Shown piece after piece: positions 36,285 through 49,375 of a stretch of DNA of 64,000 nt. This DNA comes from Scenedesmus sp. PABB004 (taxonomy: Eukaryota), in assembly GCA_014905635.1 (NCBI GenBank), contig JABVCE010000020.1, positions 186,001-250,000 of the forward strand, given 5' to 3'. The notes under the pieces were generated by a model that saw nothing but the letters and a program-made list of their open reading frames with translations, was not told the origin of the DNA and did no database searches. The translations under genes and the position numbers were made by a program. Each line of letters begins with the position of its first letter. The stretch's first letter is position 1.

Positions 36285-37420
36285 GCATGACTGCGCTGGG
36301 GGGAGCTCGTGGCATGGGGCGCGGCCGCCAGGCTTGGCGCGCCGCGGGGCTGAGCAGGCAGCGTGCGCTGCTGGCGGGGGTCGGTGAGTGATGTGGGCGC
36401 GGCCAGCTGCGGAAGGCGCTGGCTCTTCAACGACAGGTGGGAAGCACTGCCGGCGGCTGCGCATGGCCGGCCCTGCAGCACTGGGCGGCTCGCCTGAGCG
36501 TGGAGGGGCGGCTGACCAAGGCAGCGCACGGCTGCGACGCTTGCACGTGCTGTTGGTGGGCGCCGTGGTGGGGAACGCTGCGTGGTGCCGCCGTGCTAAA
36601 AGTGCGGTGGCGGGCACAGGATGCACTGGCCTTTGGGATGGGGCTGGTTTGGGTGCGTTGGCTGCTGCGCACGCAACTGCTGGGGGCGTCCAACGCTCTG
36701 GGGCGCCGCTGGCTGCGCGCGTGCGCTGCCGGCGTGGGCATTCACTGACCCATGCACATGGCGGTGCATTCACAGACTCGGCGACTCAGTTGGTGCCGCA
36801 AAGGTTGGTGCGGGCGCGCCTGCTGGCTGGGCGCCTCAAAGCACGCCGCACCGGCGGCATGCGCGCAATTGCGCTGCTTGGGCGGGCTAATGAATGAATG
36901 AACGCTGATTGAGTGTGCGGAGGCCGCGAGCTTGTACACAACCAGGTGTGTCTCACAACTGCCCACATTTGCGTCCGGCGTGGGCACTTTGCTGGGGCGG
37001 GTGGCAGGGAGGGGGGGCTGCTCAGCTCGCGCAGCTGCTGTGGATAGATCTCAACGCAGGCGGCGCCACTTGCTGCGCGCGTGCGCGGCCGGCGCGGACA
37101 TTCTCCAGTTTCATTCAAGAGCGGCGTGGGTGATGCATGATTGCGCTTTGGCTTGCGCTGGTCTGCGCGACGCGCTGCCGTTGGACACAGGCGAGGCATC
37201 ACTGCTCCGACGGTCGTGAAGGCTGGCCAAGGCTGCGGCGCATGCACAGCGCTGGTGGGTGGCGGCGGTGCGGTGGTGGGGCAACGCCATGCTGCGCGTG
37301 CTGAGGCGCCAGGCACACTGATCTTGGGCGGGGACGGGCTGGGCGTGGTGGCTGCTGTGCGCTGCTGCCGAGTCCGTGGCGCTCAGGGGGGCGGCGCTGG
37401 CTGCGCGCGTGTGCAGCCGG
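36285..37420 (+). repeat. Degenerate intergenic repeat family (copies downstream of sulfatase 2)
   Basis: GGGGGAGCTCGTGGC, ACAGGTGGGAAGCACTGCCGGCGG (~36433), GGCTGGCCAAGGCTGCGGCGCATGCAC (37221) and GGCGCTGGCTGCGCGCGTG, all as found after LRR2 and LRR3. Confidence 0.78.
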
Positions 37421-37883
37421 GGCGAGCATGCATGACTGCCGTTGGACGATCCAACAGCCGCGGCTGGCTGCCGCTCAACGTTGTTTGAACGCACGCGCCG
37501 GCCTCAGGTTGTCGGCATTCCACCTAAGCTCTCACGCGCGCCGGACGGCTGCAGCGCTTGGGCCCACGTGGGCCACGTCGGGCGGCGCACATTCAACGGC
37601 TGGTGCCCGCGGTTTGTGTGTCTCACGCACACCAATAAGTGGCCGGCAGGCTGGCTGTGCCAGGGCAGCACTGGCGCGGGGGGCTGGTGGCGCGGTCAAG
37701 TTGCCCAGCGCGCGCCGGCGGCGTGTCAACACCTCCGCGCAACGCCGCTTTTGCCGGGCACCGTGCACGCACGCGCGAGCACCCGCCCGCGCTCAGCCTC
37801 CAGGCGCGTGCAGCGAGCAGGCCCCAAGAGACCCGCCCTGAGCGCGCAGTGACGCGCTGGGGCCCCGGCCGCTTGCCCACCTG

Positions 37884-40876
37884 CTACGGCGCCGCCGCCC
37901 CGGCCCAGGCTGCCAGCTGCGCGCGCCGCGCGGGCGGCACTGACGGCGGCACCTTCGCCAGCGCGGCGTCAAAGTCGTCCGGCGTAAGGGCGCGCGCCGC
38001 GCGCTGCGGGCGCGCGGCGGAGGGCCGGAGGGGGTTTGGGTGGCGGCCGCGCGCGCGCAGCCGCGCAAAGCGCCGCGCGCAGCGGCCGGCCGCACCTCCT
38101 GCACCGGCCGCAGCGCCGCCTCGTGGCAGAGCTGCAGCAGGTCTGCGCAGCTGTAGCCCTCCGTCGCCCTGCCGCGCGCGCGCGGCAGCGCCCGGGCAGC
38201 GGCATCGGCGCGGCGCCGGCGCGGCCCGCGCGCGTACGGCGGCGCGGCTGCGCCGAGCCCCGCCGCCAGCGCCTCACCGCGCCAGGCGCTCGACGTCTGG
38301 CACGCCCAGCGCCGCGTCGCGGGACATGAGCCAGCCCGAGAGCAGCTCCTCCCTGCTCTCGGCGGCGGGCAGGTCCAACAGCAGCCGGTGCGGCAGGTGC
38401 GCCAGCAGCGCCGGGTCGAGCGCCTCTGGGTGGCGCGTCGCCAGCACCACCACGACCGGCGCGTGAGCGCAGGCCGGGGGGTGGCGCGGCTGCGCTTGCG
38501 CCTGTGAGACGTCGGCGGTCGCGGCGGCGGCGGCGGCGGCGGCGGCATGGGCAGGGCGCCGCGCGTGCGCCCGGGGCCAGGCTCAAGCACCACGCCTGAG
38601 CAGCTCGACCGCGCTGCGCCGCCGGGGCGCCTGCCCAGGTCGCCGCACGCACCCTGGGCTGCGGTGTCGCCTCGCCGCCGCCCCCGACCAGCCCCCAGGG
38701 CGGCCGCTTGGCGGCGGCCGGCGCGGGCGACGCCATGCCGCTGCCCGCGCCGGCGCCCTGGCGGCCGCCGACGGGGCGCTGCTCGAGCTGCGCCTGCGCG
38801 TCCGCCAGCGCTTGCAGCTGCACCGCAAGCTCCACGACCAGCCGCTGCCGCGCAGCTGCGCCGCCGCCGCCGGCCTCGCTGCCGGGGCGGGGCTCCGCGG
38901 GGAAGCTCCGGTGCGCGTCGTCAAACGCAACCTGGCGGCGCGGCGCGGCTCGAGCGTGAGCTGTGGCGCAGCCGCCACAGAGCGCCCCCCCCTCCCCCGC
39001 GCGCCCCCCGCGCGCCCCTGCGGCACGGCCAGCGGCGGCCGCGGCGCCGCGCTGCAGCCCTGCGGCGGCGGCGCGCGGCGGCCGTGGCCCCACGCGCGCG
39101 CGGCTGGCGCGGCTGGCAGCTCACCACGCACGGCGCCGCCCGGCGCGCGACCTGCGCGGCGCGGCGCAGCGTGGGCGCGCGCGCGCGGCGGCGGCGCGGC
39201 CGCGCGCGGCGAGGCGCCCGGAGCGACCGGGCGCGGCGCCGCCGCGGCCGCACGCGCGCGCGCACCTTGAACAGCGCGCGCAGCAGCTGCGGCCCCTGCT
39301 CCGCGTGGCTGCGCAGCAGGTCGCCGGCGGGCAGGTACAGTAGGTGGCTGCCCATCTCTTGCGCGAGACGGTGCAGCAGCTCCGTCTTGCCCGCGCCGCT
39401 GGGGCCAACCAGCAGCACGGCGAGCGACGCATACCCCGCCGCGCGGCCGCCGGCGCGCTTGAGCGGCGCCACGGCGTGCGCCTGCAGCCAGCGCTTTGCG
39501 GGCTCCGGCCCCGCGAGCGCGCCCTCCGGCGCGTCTGCACGCAGCGCGGGGGTGGCGGCATCGGCGGCGGCGGCGGCAGGCTCGGCTCCGGTGCTTGGCG
39601 GTCAGGCGGTTGGCGCCCGCGCGCGCGCGCGCTCACCCGGGTCCGTGATGCGCATGCAGCGTTCGACCAGCGCCTCCAGCGCCCGCCCCTCCTGCCCCGG
39701 CGCCGCCTCCGGCCCGGACGGCACCGTGCGCCGCGCCGGCCGCTGCAGGGGCGTGGGCGGCGGCGCCGCGGGCGCGAGCGCAGGCGCGGCGGGCAAGGGC
39801 GCCGCTGCGGAGCCGTTTGCCGCTGGCGCCGGCGCCGGCCGGCGGGCGGCCGACGCTGCGCCCGCGCCGGGCACGCGCGGCTGGCTGGGCGCGACGCGCC
39901 GCGCCGAGCCCAGCACCGCCGCGCGTGGCGACAGCAGGGTGCTGGCCGCCGTGCCCGGTGCGGCGGCTGCGGCGACGCCGTCCGCGCACAGCGGGCCGCC
40001 AAACGCCCGCACCTGCTGGCGCGGCGGAGTCACCGCGCCCGGCTGGGCCGGCGCCGCGGCGGCCGCGCTGCGGGCCAGCCGGCCTGCCGCCGTGGGCGCC
40101 GCTGCGCTGCCCGGCACGCGCACGCGGACGGGTGTGTTGAGCACGCCGGCCTGCTGCGGCTGCACGCGCGCCAGCGCGCCGCCCGCGCCCCCCGCGGCCT
40201 GCCGGCCCGGCGCCGGCAGCCTGCTCGGCGTCGCGGCGGCCTCCGCGCGCTCGCGCCGCAGCTGCGCTCCCGCCGTGTATGACGACGCAGCGGCCGCCTG
40301 CTGCTGCTGCGGCGGCGGCGTCCTGCAGGCGGCCGGCGCGGGCGCCGCGCGCGCCCCGCGTGCGCCGACGTCGGGCGGCGCCACGCAGAGCTCCGCGAGC
40401 GCTGCGGCGATCGTCGCTGCCTGGTCTGGCCGCACGACGCTGCCGGCATCGTCGGCGGGCAGCGCCACGGGCTGCCCCGAGAGCCTGCAGCTGCTCATGC
40501 AGCCGGCGCCGGACGCCGCCCGCCGCGCGTCGCCGTCCTGCGGCACCGCAGCCAGCTGGTCGCCCCCGCCGGGGCACGCGCCTGGGCGGCGGCGGCGGTC
40601 GGCGGCCGGTCGGCGGGCGCGCGCTGCAGCATAAGGGCCCTGCCTCCCCCTGAATAGCGCTGCCGGTGAGCAGGCCGTTCACGCACCTGGGCTGCCGCTC
40701 TGCTCGCCGCTCGCGCGCAGCAGCTCGTCGACGATCGCGGCGCTGCTCACGCCGTTTGCGCGCACGCCGTGCTCCTTGGCGAGCGCCTGCAGGTCCTTGC
40801 GGCTCAGCGCCTCCAGCTCGGCCCGCAGCTCCAGGCGCTCAACCTCCAGCTCCACGGAGTGCAGCGGGCTCGCCAT
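37884..40876 (-). CDS. Katanin/spastin/fidgetin-clade AAA+ protein with degenerate catalytic motifs and an N-terminal SAP/HeH-like motif; spliced
   Basis: VLLVGPSGAGKT (Walker A), LLRALFKVARRAAPCV/VAFDD, VVVVLATRHPEALDPAL, LDLPAAESREELL, ATEGYSCADLLQLCHEAALRPV, LTPDDFDAALAKVPPSV. Exon 1 gives LEALSRKDLQALAKEHGVRAN; its linkage to the AAA exons is inferred. Confidence 0.78.
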
Positions 40877-41473
40877 GTCGTCGCGCTGCTCGCTGGCGGC
40901 GGTTGAGGGCTGCGGAAGCGCCGGCAGCCCGCAGCGCTGCCGTCCGCGCCAGTGCGTCATCGGGTTGAGAACGCAGCGAGCGGGCGCTCGTCTGCGCGCG
41001 GACGCCGCCGGCTGTCATTCGCGGTTTGCGCAGCGCGCTGGCCGTCATTCGCAGGTTTGCGCGGCGAGTTGCGCCGCTCCACTCGGGGAGCCTGTGCGCC
41101 GCGCTGCCTCCCGTCGCACCGCGAGAGCAGCTCGAGAGGTCACCTGTCGGTCCCGGCACCCGCCCGCCGCCGCCGCCCGCGCGAGCCCCGCGGCGCAGAT
41201 GTGACCGAGAACGTGCCATCAGGCCGCACGCTGCACAGACCCGATCCCGAGCCCCACACCGGCGCAACTAGGAGGTGTGGGCTAATAGGTGTGTAGTCAG
41301 TCAGAGGGCAGTCACGCTGGCATTTTGAGAAACCCGCCCCACGTCTCCAGCAGCAAAGCTCGCGCGGGCGCTTGTGCCCGTCCGTGAGCAACGTACCCGA
41401 CGCGCGTGCGCGACCATCGCAGCAAGGGCAAGGAAAAGCAAGTTCTTTGCGTGGCAGCCACCCTGCGCATACA

Positions 41474-44400
41474 TCAAATGGGCGGCTTGCACGCGTCGCA
41501 CGCGTCGATGCCCTCGGCGTCGTACGGCGAGTACATGCTGGCACCAAGCAGCTCCGGCTGGCCGTCTGGCACGCCGTTGGCGCGCCGCAGCGTCGCCCAC
41601 GCAGCCGCAGATGCAGTGTCGACCGCAGCGCTGTCGACCGCAGCGCCGTCCGCAGCGGCGCTGTCGACCGCCGCACCCGCGGCCACCGAGCGTGCAAGGC
41701 TGCCGCTCGGTGCCTCGACCTTCATTCGATAAGCTTGCAGCGCCCCAAAAAACTTGAGCACGGGACGGCCAGGCGACGTGGTGGTCACCAGCTCGAGGCA
41801 GAGGTCCACAGGGCCCGCCGTCGGCTGCAGCTCGAGCTGGCCGAGCTCCGTGCCGTTCAGCACCGTCTGCACAGGCGGGCGGGAGGCAGGGCGAGGCGGC
41901 GCGTGAGGCCACCACGACGCACGCGCAAGCAGGGGCCCGAGCAGGGGCTGCGCGCACTGTGTGCGCCAGCTTGGCCTCCACCGCCGGCGCGGAGCCATCG
42001 GCGATGGCGGCGAACGGCCCAAGCGACAGCCTGAAGCGCGCCGCCGCCGTGCTCAGGTGCAGCGCGCTGAAACTGTAGGTCCCAGCCTTGGACACCTGCG
42101 TGGCGGCCGCCGCGGCGGTGGTGCCACGCGCGCCGCGGGCTGGCGGGCGGCCGGCGGCGGGGCCGCAGGGGCCCCGAGCACGCGCGCGCACCGTCACGGC
42201 CCAGCACATGCGGTCGCCAGGGTCCACAAAGCCGCGCGCGCCGTTGGGCAGCAGCACGATGGACTTGGGTGTGCGCTCGTGGGCAGCCGCCGCCAAGATG
42301 CTGGTCCCGCGGACGCGGAAGCCCAAATAGAACACGGGCTTGGCGAATGCGTGGCTGTCCGCGCCCTCGACCAGCCCCGCCCACCACGCACGTGCAGCCG
42401 CGCCCAGCTCCGCCGTGAGGCGCGGACGCAGAGCGCCAGTCACCTCGTTGCAGCCGAGCTCCACGCGGGAGGCGCCGGGCAGGCGATAGACCTTGCCGTC
42501 GTGGCCCTGGAGCTTGAAGTCCTTGTGCCGCACCGCAATGCAGCGCGCAAAGCCAGGGGGTGCGCCGCCGCGCTGCTGCTTAACAAGCATCATGTACTCG
42601 CTCTCATGCGCGTTCACCACGCCGCCGGTGTCAAAGTCCAGCAGCGGCTGCGGCCGCAGCACGCGCCTGTCGGGCCCGAGCTGCGGGACCGTGTCTGCGT
42701 CCCAGCAGTGAGGTGACAGGAAGAACAGCGTGCGGGCGTCAAACCGGCCCGCGGGCGGGGTGGCGTGCTGCGCGGCCGACGCTGGCCTCAGGTGGGCCGC
42801 AAAGCTTTTGCCGTCAAATGCCGGCAGGTTTGGGCCGTCGGCCGGTGAGCGTGCGCGCGCGAGATCCAGCAGCGTGGGCACAATGTCGGGCGTGTACAGC
42901 AGCGTGCTGTCCACCGCGCCGACCGGCACACCGGGCCCACGCGCGGCCAGCCAGCCGCGCACGCCGCCCTCCCACACCCAGTCCTTCTCGCCCACCATCT
43001 TTGACGGCATGCGGGCCTGCAGCCGCGGCGGCGGAGGCGGCGGGCGTGAGGCGCCAGGCACGCAGCAAAACAAAAGGCCTGCCTTGTGCGGCGCCAGCAG
43101 CGGCCCGCCCGCGCTCACCGCGCGCTCTCTGGCGTTGTTTCGCTGTGAGTCTGTCAGGGAGCTGCCGTTGTCTCCCAGCACTAGCACCAGCGTGCGCTGC
43201 GGTGGCGGGCGGGCGTGAGACCCGCCGTGGGCGCCACGCACCACCGCGCCGCAGACCTGGCTCAGCTGCAGGCAGCAGCAGCACAGCGGCGGCCGCGCGC
43301 ACCTTGGCCAGGCCTGTGTCGTCCAATGCGCGCAGCACCTTGCCGAGCACGCTGTCCAGGTAGTTGGCCATGGCAAACACCTGGCGCCGGCGAGGCGGCC
43401 GGAGGGCGCGGGTCAGCGCTGCGTGCGTGCGAGGGCAGGCCAGAGCGCGCGGCCCGGCGCCCAGAGCTGAGAGCCCTGGGGCCTCCTGTCAGCCGCACGG
43501 CGCACGTCGCGGGTGTCCTTTGCAAAGGAGCGGTACTTGGCGCTGCGCGGGCAGCGCGCGAATAGGGGCGGCGGTGTCGCGCGGTGTCAGCGGGATGGAT
43601 GGTCGCGGCGTGTGCGGGGTCGGGCAGCGCCCGCGGCGCCAGGCGCCAGGCGGCGGGCGCGCGGCGGCCTGCCTGTCTTGGTACTTGGCGTCGTATCTCT
43701 CTGGGTAGAACCTGAACGCTCGACCTCCAAAGCCAGGAAAGTGGCTCAGGTGGATGCCATGGGTGGCCAAGGTCGCAAAGAACGGCTGCCCGCCGCCCGT
43801 GGTGTTGGCAGCAGCGGCGGCGATGTAGCTGACCAGCTTGTCCGCCATCACGTCGTCTGGCATCCCGCGACTTACTTCGTACCTGCCATTGTGGGCGACG
43901 AAGCTTGAATTGGCGGAGGTCAGGCCAGGAACCCATGCGTCGTCGTAGCCAATCTCCCACGGCATGTAGCCATCAATGTTGTGGTTGTGAAACTTGCCAA
44001 AGTGGGCGGTCTTGTAGCCGGCGCGCCGCAGGAGCTCCGCGCCAGTGACCTCGTCGCGGCTCACAAAGTCGTAGCCTGGCAGAGGGTGAGGGGGTGGAAG
44101 GGGCAGGGCAGAGTCGTGCGGTGCGTCCCGGCGCGGGGCGGCCGACAGCCCCCGGGCCCGCAGCGCAGCGCCAAGATTGCACGCGCTGCCGGATCCACAG
44201 CCGCTGTGCGGCCGCCCGCCGCGCACCCGCATGCACCAGCAGCACGCCAGTGCGTGCGTGGTTGCGCCCCGTGAGCAGCTCGGCACGCGTCTGCGCGCAC
44301 TGCACTCGGCACGCGGGCGGGCGGCCAGGCGGCGCAGAGGCGGGCGGCGGCAGCAGTCGGGTGGGTTGGACGGCGCGCGTGCGCCTGCCGCCATGCCTGG

Positions 44401-45179
44401 GCTGCCTGCGCCGCGCGGGCGGTCAGCCGCCCCGTGCCAACCTGGGGCGCGGTGTAAAAGTTGTCAAAGCGCGTGCCGGCACGCATGAACGCGTCGAGGT
44501 GCGGCGTGTTCACCCAGGCCGGGTTGTGCAGCCCGACGTCGTCATAGCCCTGGCCACAGGGGCACGCGCAGCGGCAGGCGCCGGTGGGCGGCGGGCCAGG
44601 GCGCCGCGCCGCTGCGCTCGGCGCGCGCCAGGCCGGCCCGCACCTGGTCATCTGTGACGATCAGCAGGATGTTGGGCCGCTCGCCCTGGGGCAGGGGCGG
44701 GATGGGCACATTGGCAGGCGACGGCTCAGAGGACATCCCTGCGGTGGCGGCGCGGTGTGAGCCCCAGCCGCGCGGCCGACCACCAGCGCTGGCACAACCA
44801 GCTCAACGGCCACCGCGCTGCGCGCTCGCCACCCGTGCGTCGTTAGCTCGGCCGCCCGCTCACCAGGCAGCAGCTGCATGGGCTGGTCGGCCTCCCCGGG
44901 CTGGCAGTCGCCGGCGTCACCGGGAGCAGCAGCAGCAGCGGCGGCGGCGATCGCAACGGGGCTACCGCTGGCCGCGGTCGAGAGCGCGTCCTGCAGCGTG
45001 CCTGTGGCGGGGAGCAGGCGTGTCGGCTTGCACTCACGCGCAGGGGCGGAGCGCGAGCGCTGCGGCATGGGCGCCGATGCCGAGCGTCTCGCGGGCCGCG
45101 ACGCACCTGTGGCTCCCGCCCCGACCACCAGCGCCAGGAGGGCCATCGCCACGAGCATCGCGGGCGGTGCGCCGGCCAT
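41474..45179 (-). CDS. Sulfatase copy 3, inverted, apparently intact
   Basis: Same exon structure and catalytic motifs as copy 1. ATG at 45179; ends ...DACDACKPPI*. Confidence 0.88.
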
Positions 45180-45599
45180 CACGGGCGGCGCCCGCTCGGC
45201 TCGGGCTGTCTGCCGGCCGCCTGCGTCCGAGCTTTGCGGGCTAGCTGTCCCGACGCGCCCAGCTGCGCTCCGGTGTGTCGCAGCAAGCGCAACCTCGGCC
45301 AGCGAGCAAGCGCTTGGTGCCGCACCACCACCGGTGCCGGTGCGGCAGCTGTTTCTGCTGGTTGCTGCGGCTCTCACGCTGCCGAGGTGCCCGGTGCGCT
45401 GCCGCTCACTGTCGGCAAGAAATGACGCCGACTATGCAGCTGGCTGGCTGCCGGCTGCCGGCTGTTGCATGCCGTCAACGACGGCAGTGTCGCGGTTTCG
45501 CGGCGCGCTGCGCCGCCGCCGCCGCCTCGGCTCGCGCCGCCAGGAAGCACCAGGACTTACGCAGCATGCGGCCAAGGTCGACGCAGCTCGAGGCCAGTC

Positions 45600-46110
45600 G
45601 CGACACGCGCAGCGGGCGCCGCCAGCACAGTCGTGCGTGCGCAAGCTTGCGCCGGCTTTAGCCGGCTGCGGCTGCCCGTGCAGGTAGCGGACCTCTGCAT
45701 GCACGGCAGCGCCGCCGCGCAGGCCAGTTAAAAGCCAAGCTCAGTACCCCGTCGCCCACACTCTTGTGTTGCTGAAAAGGCCCGCGCTGGCAGCACACGC
45801 GCGGCCAGCGGCGCCCCAGCAATCGCATGCGCACAGCAGCCGACGCCCAGCCAACCCACCAACTGTCTAAAGTGCACCCAATCGCCCATGCAGTACGGCG
45901 CGCAGCGCGCCGCGCTCCTCAAACCGCTTCCACCCACCGGCGCGCACGTGCGCCGCAGCTTGGGCTCTTAGCCGGCCGCCCCCGTCGACCCCTACGTGTG
46001 CCACCAACCCACACCACAGCGCATGCCTGCTGCCAGTCCCGCGGCGCGCCAAGCCCGGCGGCCGCGACACGCGCAACATGCATCGACCTCCGAGTGCAGT
46101 CATGCGGGCA
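45600..46110 (-). repeat. Degenerate intergenic repeat family (inverted copy between LRR4 and sulfatase 3)
   Basis: The minus strand reads CATGACTGCACT...GCGGCCGCCGGGCTTGGCGCGCCGCGGGACTG, matching 36287-36350, and GGGGCGCCGCTGGCCGCGCGTG, matching ~36700. Confidence 0.65.
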
Positions 46111-46182
46111 TGTGGACAAAAGCAACCGCCCTCCTGGTGCGCAAGCACGCGCACGTTGCTTGGGCTGTGCAGCAGCGGCTGC

Positions 46183-48577
46183 TCACGCAGGGCAGATGCC
46201 GGTGAGTTGCGTGTTGCGCAGCGGGTCCGGGCCTACCTGGCCGCTCGCCAGCTTTTTTAGCGACACCAGCATGGAGCAGGTGCAGTTGGGCTGATAGTAC
46301 ATCAGCGATGTGTAGCCCGTGGCCAGCCACGTGCGCGGCAGGCAGCCGGAGAGGTCTGGGTTGTCGCTGACGCCCAGTTGGTAGAGCCGCATCGGCGCCC
46401 ACTCCGCCGCTGGAAACGTCCCCTGCAGGCCGCAGGACCGCACGTCCAGCGACCCCAGGCTTGTGCTGTTCCCCCACTCGGGCGGCAGCGTGGCGTTGAG
46501 CGGGTTGCCGGTGAGGTTGAGCCAGCTCAGCGTCGCCTGCGAGGGCACCGACCAGGCGCCCCACTCGGGCGGCAGCGGGCCGCGGAGCTGGTTGTTGGAG
46601 AGCTCAAGTGCAAGGTCCGGCCTGCAGCCTGTCGGCGGTGGCGGTCGCAGCGGGGGCAGGGAGCGGCGGCCGCGCTGGGTGGGCGAGCGTGGCGCAAGCC
46701 ATGCGCTCAACATGCAGCAGCTGCCGCGCAGTGTTGTGCTGTGCCAGTGCGGGGGTTGCTCACCAGGGGCACGGGCCCACTGCGCCCAGGCGGCCGGCAG
46801 CGTGGAGGTGAGGGCGTTGTCGGACAGGACGATGCGGCCAGCCCTGCCCCCTGGCGCCTCGGGCAGCGGGCCGGTGAGCTGATTGTGCGCGAGGTTGAGG
46901 GTGGGATAGTCGGTGAAGGATCCAGAGCAGTTCACAATCGTCGCCCATCCCGCCCAGTCGGCCACGCGGCCCGTCAGCTGCGCGGAGCGTCGGCAGCGCA
47001 GCAGGGGCGCGGGTTGGGTTGGGTCCACGCGCAAGCAAAGGTGCCGCGGCCAGCGTGCGCGGGGCCTGTCTGCAGCAGTGCGCCGCTGCGCCGCGCCGCC
47101 GCCCAGCCAGGCGCCGCACCTGGTTGTAACTGAGGTCAAGGTCCGGCACGTTAACAAATGCCGCGGCAGGCAGTGACCCGCTGAGCGCGTTGTGTGACAG
47201 GTCCAGTTTCACCAGCGTCGCCAGGCCGCCGGCCCAGGCCTCAGGGATGGGGCCGGTCAGGTTGTTGTACGACAGTTGCATTGATGTGAGCTTGTCCAAG
47301 GCGCCCCACGCATCGGGAAGGGGCCCCCTGAGCGCGTTGTGTGACAGGCGCAGCTGTGTGAGCGCCGCCATGCCGCCGCCCCAGGAGGCAGGCAGGGGAC
47401 CGGTCAGCGCGTTGCCGCCCAAGTCGAGAGTGGTGAGCGCCGCCATGCCGGACCACGCCTCCGGGAGCGGGCCGGCCAGGGCCAGGTTGGTGAGGTCCAG
47501 CGACTGCAGCGTTGCAAGCGTGCCCCACGACGCCGGCAGCGTCCCGCCGATGGGGTAAGAAGCAGGGTCTTGCCGGACGGTCAGCTCAACCAGCGCGGGC
47601 AGCGCGCCCGGCGTCACGTCATTGCCCAGGGAGGTGAGGCGGTTGCCGTAAAGCGTCACGCTCTCCACGCTCGGCGGCAGCGCCGCCAGCGGCAGCGGTC
47701 CGGTCATGCCAACCCTGTCGATGGAGACGTACTTGAGGCCGGTGAGGTTGCGCCACTCCAGGGGCCACGACGCGTCGCTGAGGTTGGCCCCGCCGTTGAT
47801 GGTGATGCCCAGATACTCCAGCCCGGGGCCGAGCTCGCCCCACGCGCGCGGAAGGCGGCCGGTGCACAGTCCGAGCTGAAGGTCGACCTGTCTGACCACG
47901 CGCGGCGTGCTGCCTGTGCAGCCCACGCCTTGCCAGGTGCACGGGTCGGCGTCGGGGCGCCACGATGACAGGAAGTTGTTGCCGACCGCTCCTGGGCCGA
48001 GCTCCATCACGCCGCGCAGCAGCGCCGACGCCACCGGGTCGTCGGGGAGGGCGAGGCTCTGGTTGCACGCGGCCGCGCTCGTGGTGCCGGGGCCTGACGT
48101 CGTCGTCAGCACGGGGCAGGCGTGGCACGGCTGGATGCCCGCGCCCGGCTTGGCGGCGCGCCACGTGCCGGCCGGGCAGAGCGCACAGCGCTTGCCGGGC
48201 GCGTGCAGGTCGCGGCCGTAGCCGGCCCGGCAGTCGCCGCAGGCGCGCGCCGACATCGCGCCCTCAGTGGCGGTGGTGTAGCCTTTGGGGCAGCCCCGGC
48301 AGAGCGCGCCTGACCCGCCGGCCGACCAGGTGCCGCGCTTGCATTTTGCGCAGGCCCCGGCGCCCGCCGACACGCCGCTGCCGGGCGGGCAGCTGACGGT
48401 GGGCGCAGCGGCCGGCGCGGCCAGCAGGCCGCGGGAGCCACCCAAATCCGCCAGCAGGCCGCGCCGGGGCCCGCGCGCCGCCGCGCCGGCCGGGGCGGCG
48501 GCGAGCAGCAGCGCCAGCGCCGCCGCCGCCAGTGCGAGCGCGTGCCGCGCCAGCGCGTGGCCGCTGCAGCTGGGCTT
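46183..48577 (-). pseudogene. LRR4: Cys-rich-repeat + LRR paralog, frame open but start codon mutated (ATG>AAG)
   Basis: The minus strand reads TAA GTC AAG CCC AGC TGC AGC GGC CAC where paralogs read GTC ATG CCC AGC CGC AGC GGC CAC. It has the same two introns and ends TGICPA*. Confidence 0.72.
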
Positions 48578-49375
48578 GACTTACAGGGAGGCGGAGCGCG
48601 TGCGGGCGGGGCCTGCCCGCCACCCGGGGCGCGCTGCGACTGCGCTGCGACTGCGGGTTGGTCTCGCGCTCGGTGGGCCGCGGCGCTAACGTGGCAGATC
48701 GCGAGGTGACGGTTTCTCGGAGGCCGAGCGAATGGTGCGGCGACTGGGCGTGAAGCGGCCTGGTCGGCCGCGGGCATGAAGCGGAGCTGCAAGGCCCCGA
48801 GAAGCGGAGCCGTGCGGGCGCGCCCGCCCGGCTGGCAGCGCGGCCGGGCGTTTTGCAAGATCCTGCGCTGCGAATCACTGCACGTGCGCGGCACGGGCAC
48901 GGCGTCACCGCGCCGCCGCTGCTGCGCGCCCACGAGGGCGCGGCTCGGCGGCGTCGCGCCAGCCACGCGCGTCCACCGATCGGCGCGCAACTTGCTGTGC
49001 GGCGCCTGCCCGTTGGCGCGAGCGGTGGCAGGGCCCGCGGCTGCGGCTCCGTCACCAGTCCGTGACCAGTCCGTGCGTGCGGTCGCGCGGCGGCTCGCGG
49101 CGCGGTCACGCGCGGCGGCGCCGTCTCACATCAGCATTGCATCGAGTCGCGTGTTTTGTGGGAGCGTGGCACCGCGCATCGTAATCATGCGGCGCCGCCT
49201 CAGTGAGGCGGCCTCACACCCGCTGCTGCTCGGTCTTCCGCGCAGCCCCGCGGCGCCGCCAGTCCCCCGCGCGCCGCCGCCCGCTGCCCACAGCGCGTGA
49301 CGGCCACCCCCCTGCGATAAACGACCGCCCGCGCGGCCCTTTGTCGGCCCTTTGCCGGCGCCGGGGCCGCGAGAG

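Noticed and set aside
41262..41300. Possible Helitron 3' end (CTAG followed by T on the minus strand, in a lower-GC patch with AGGTGTG repeated) downstream of sulfatase 3
   Set aside because: No subterminal GC-rich hairpin is visible and no matching sequence was seen at the other cassette ends, so the evidence is too weak.
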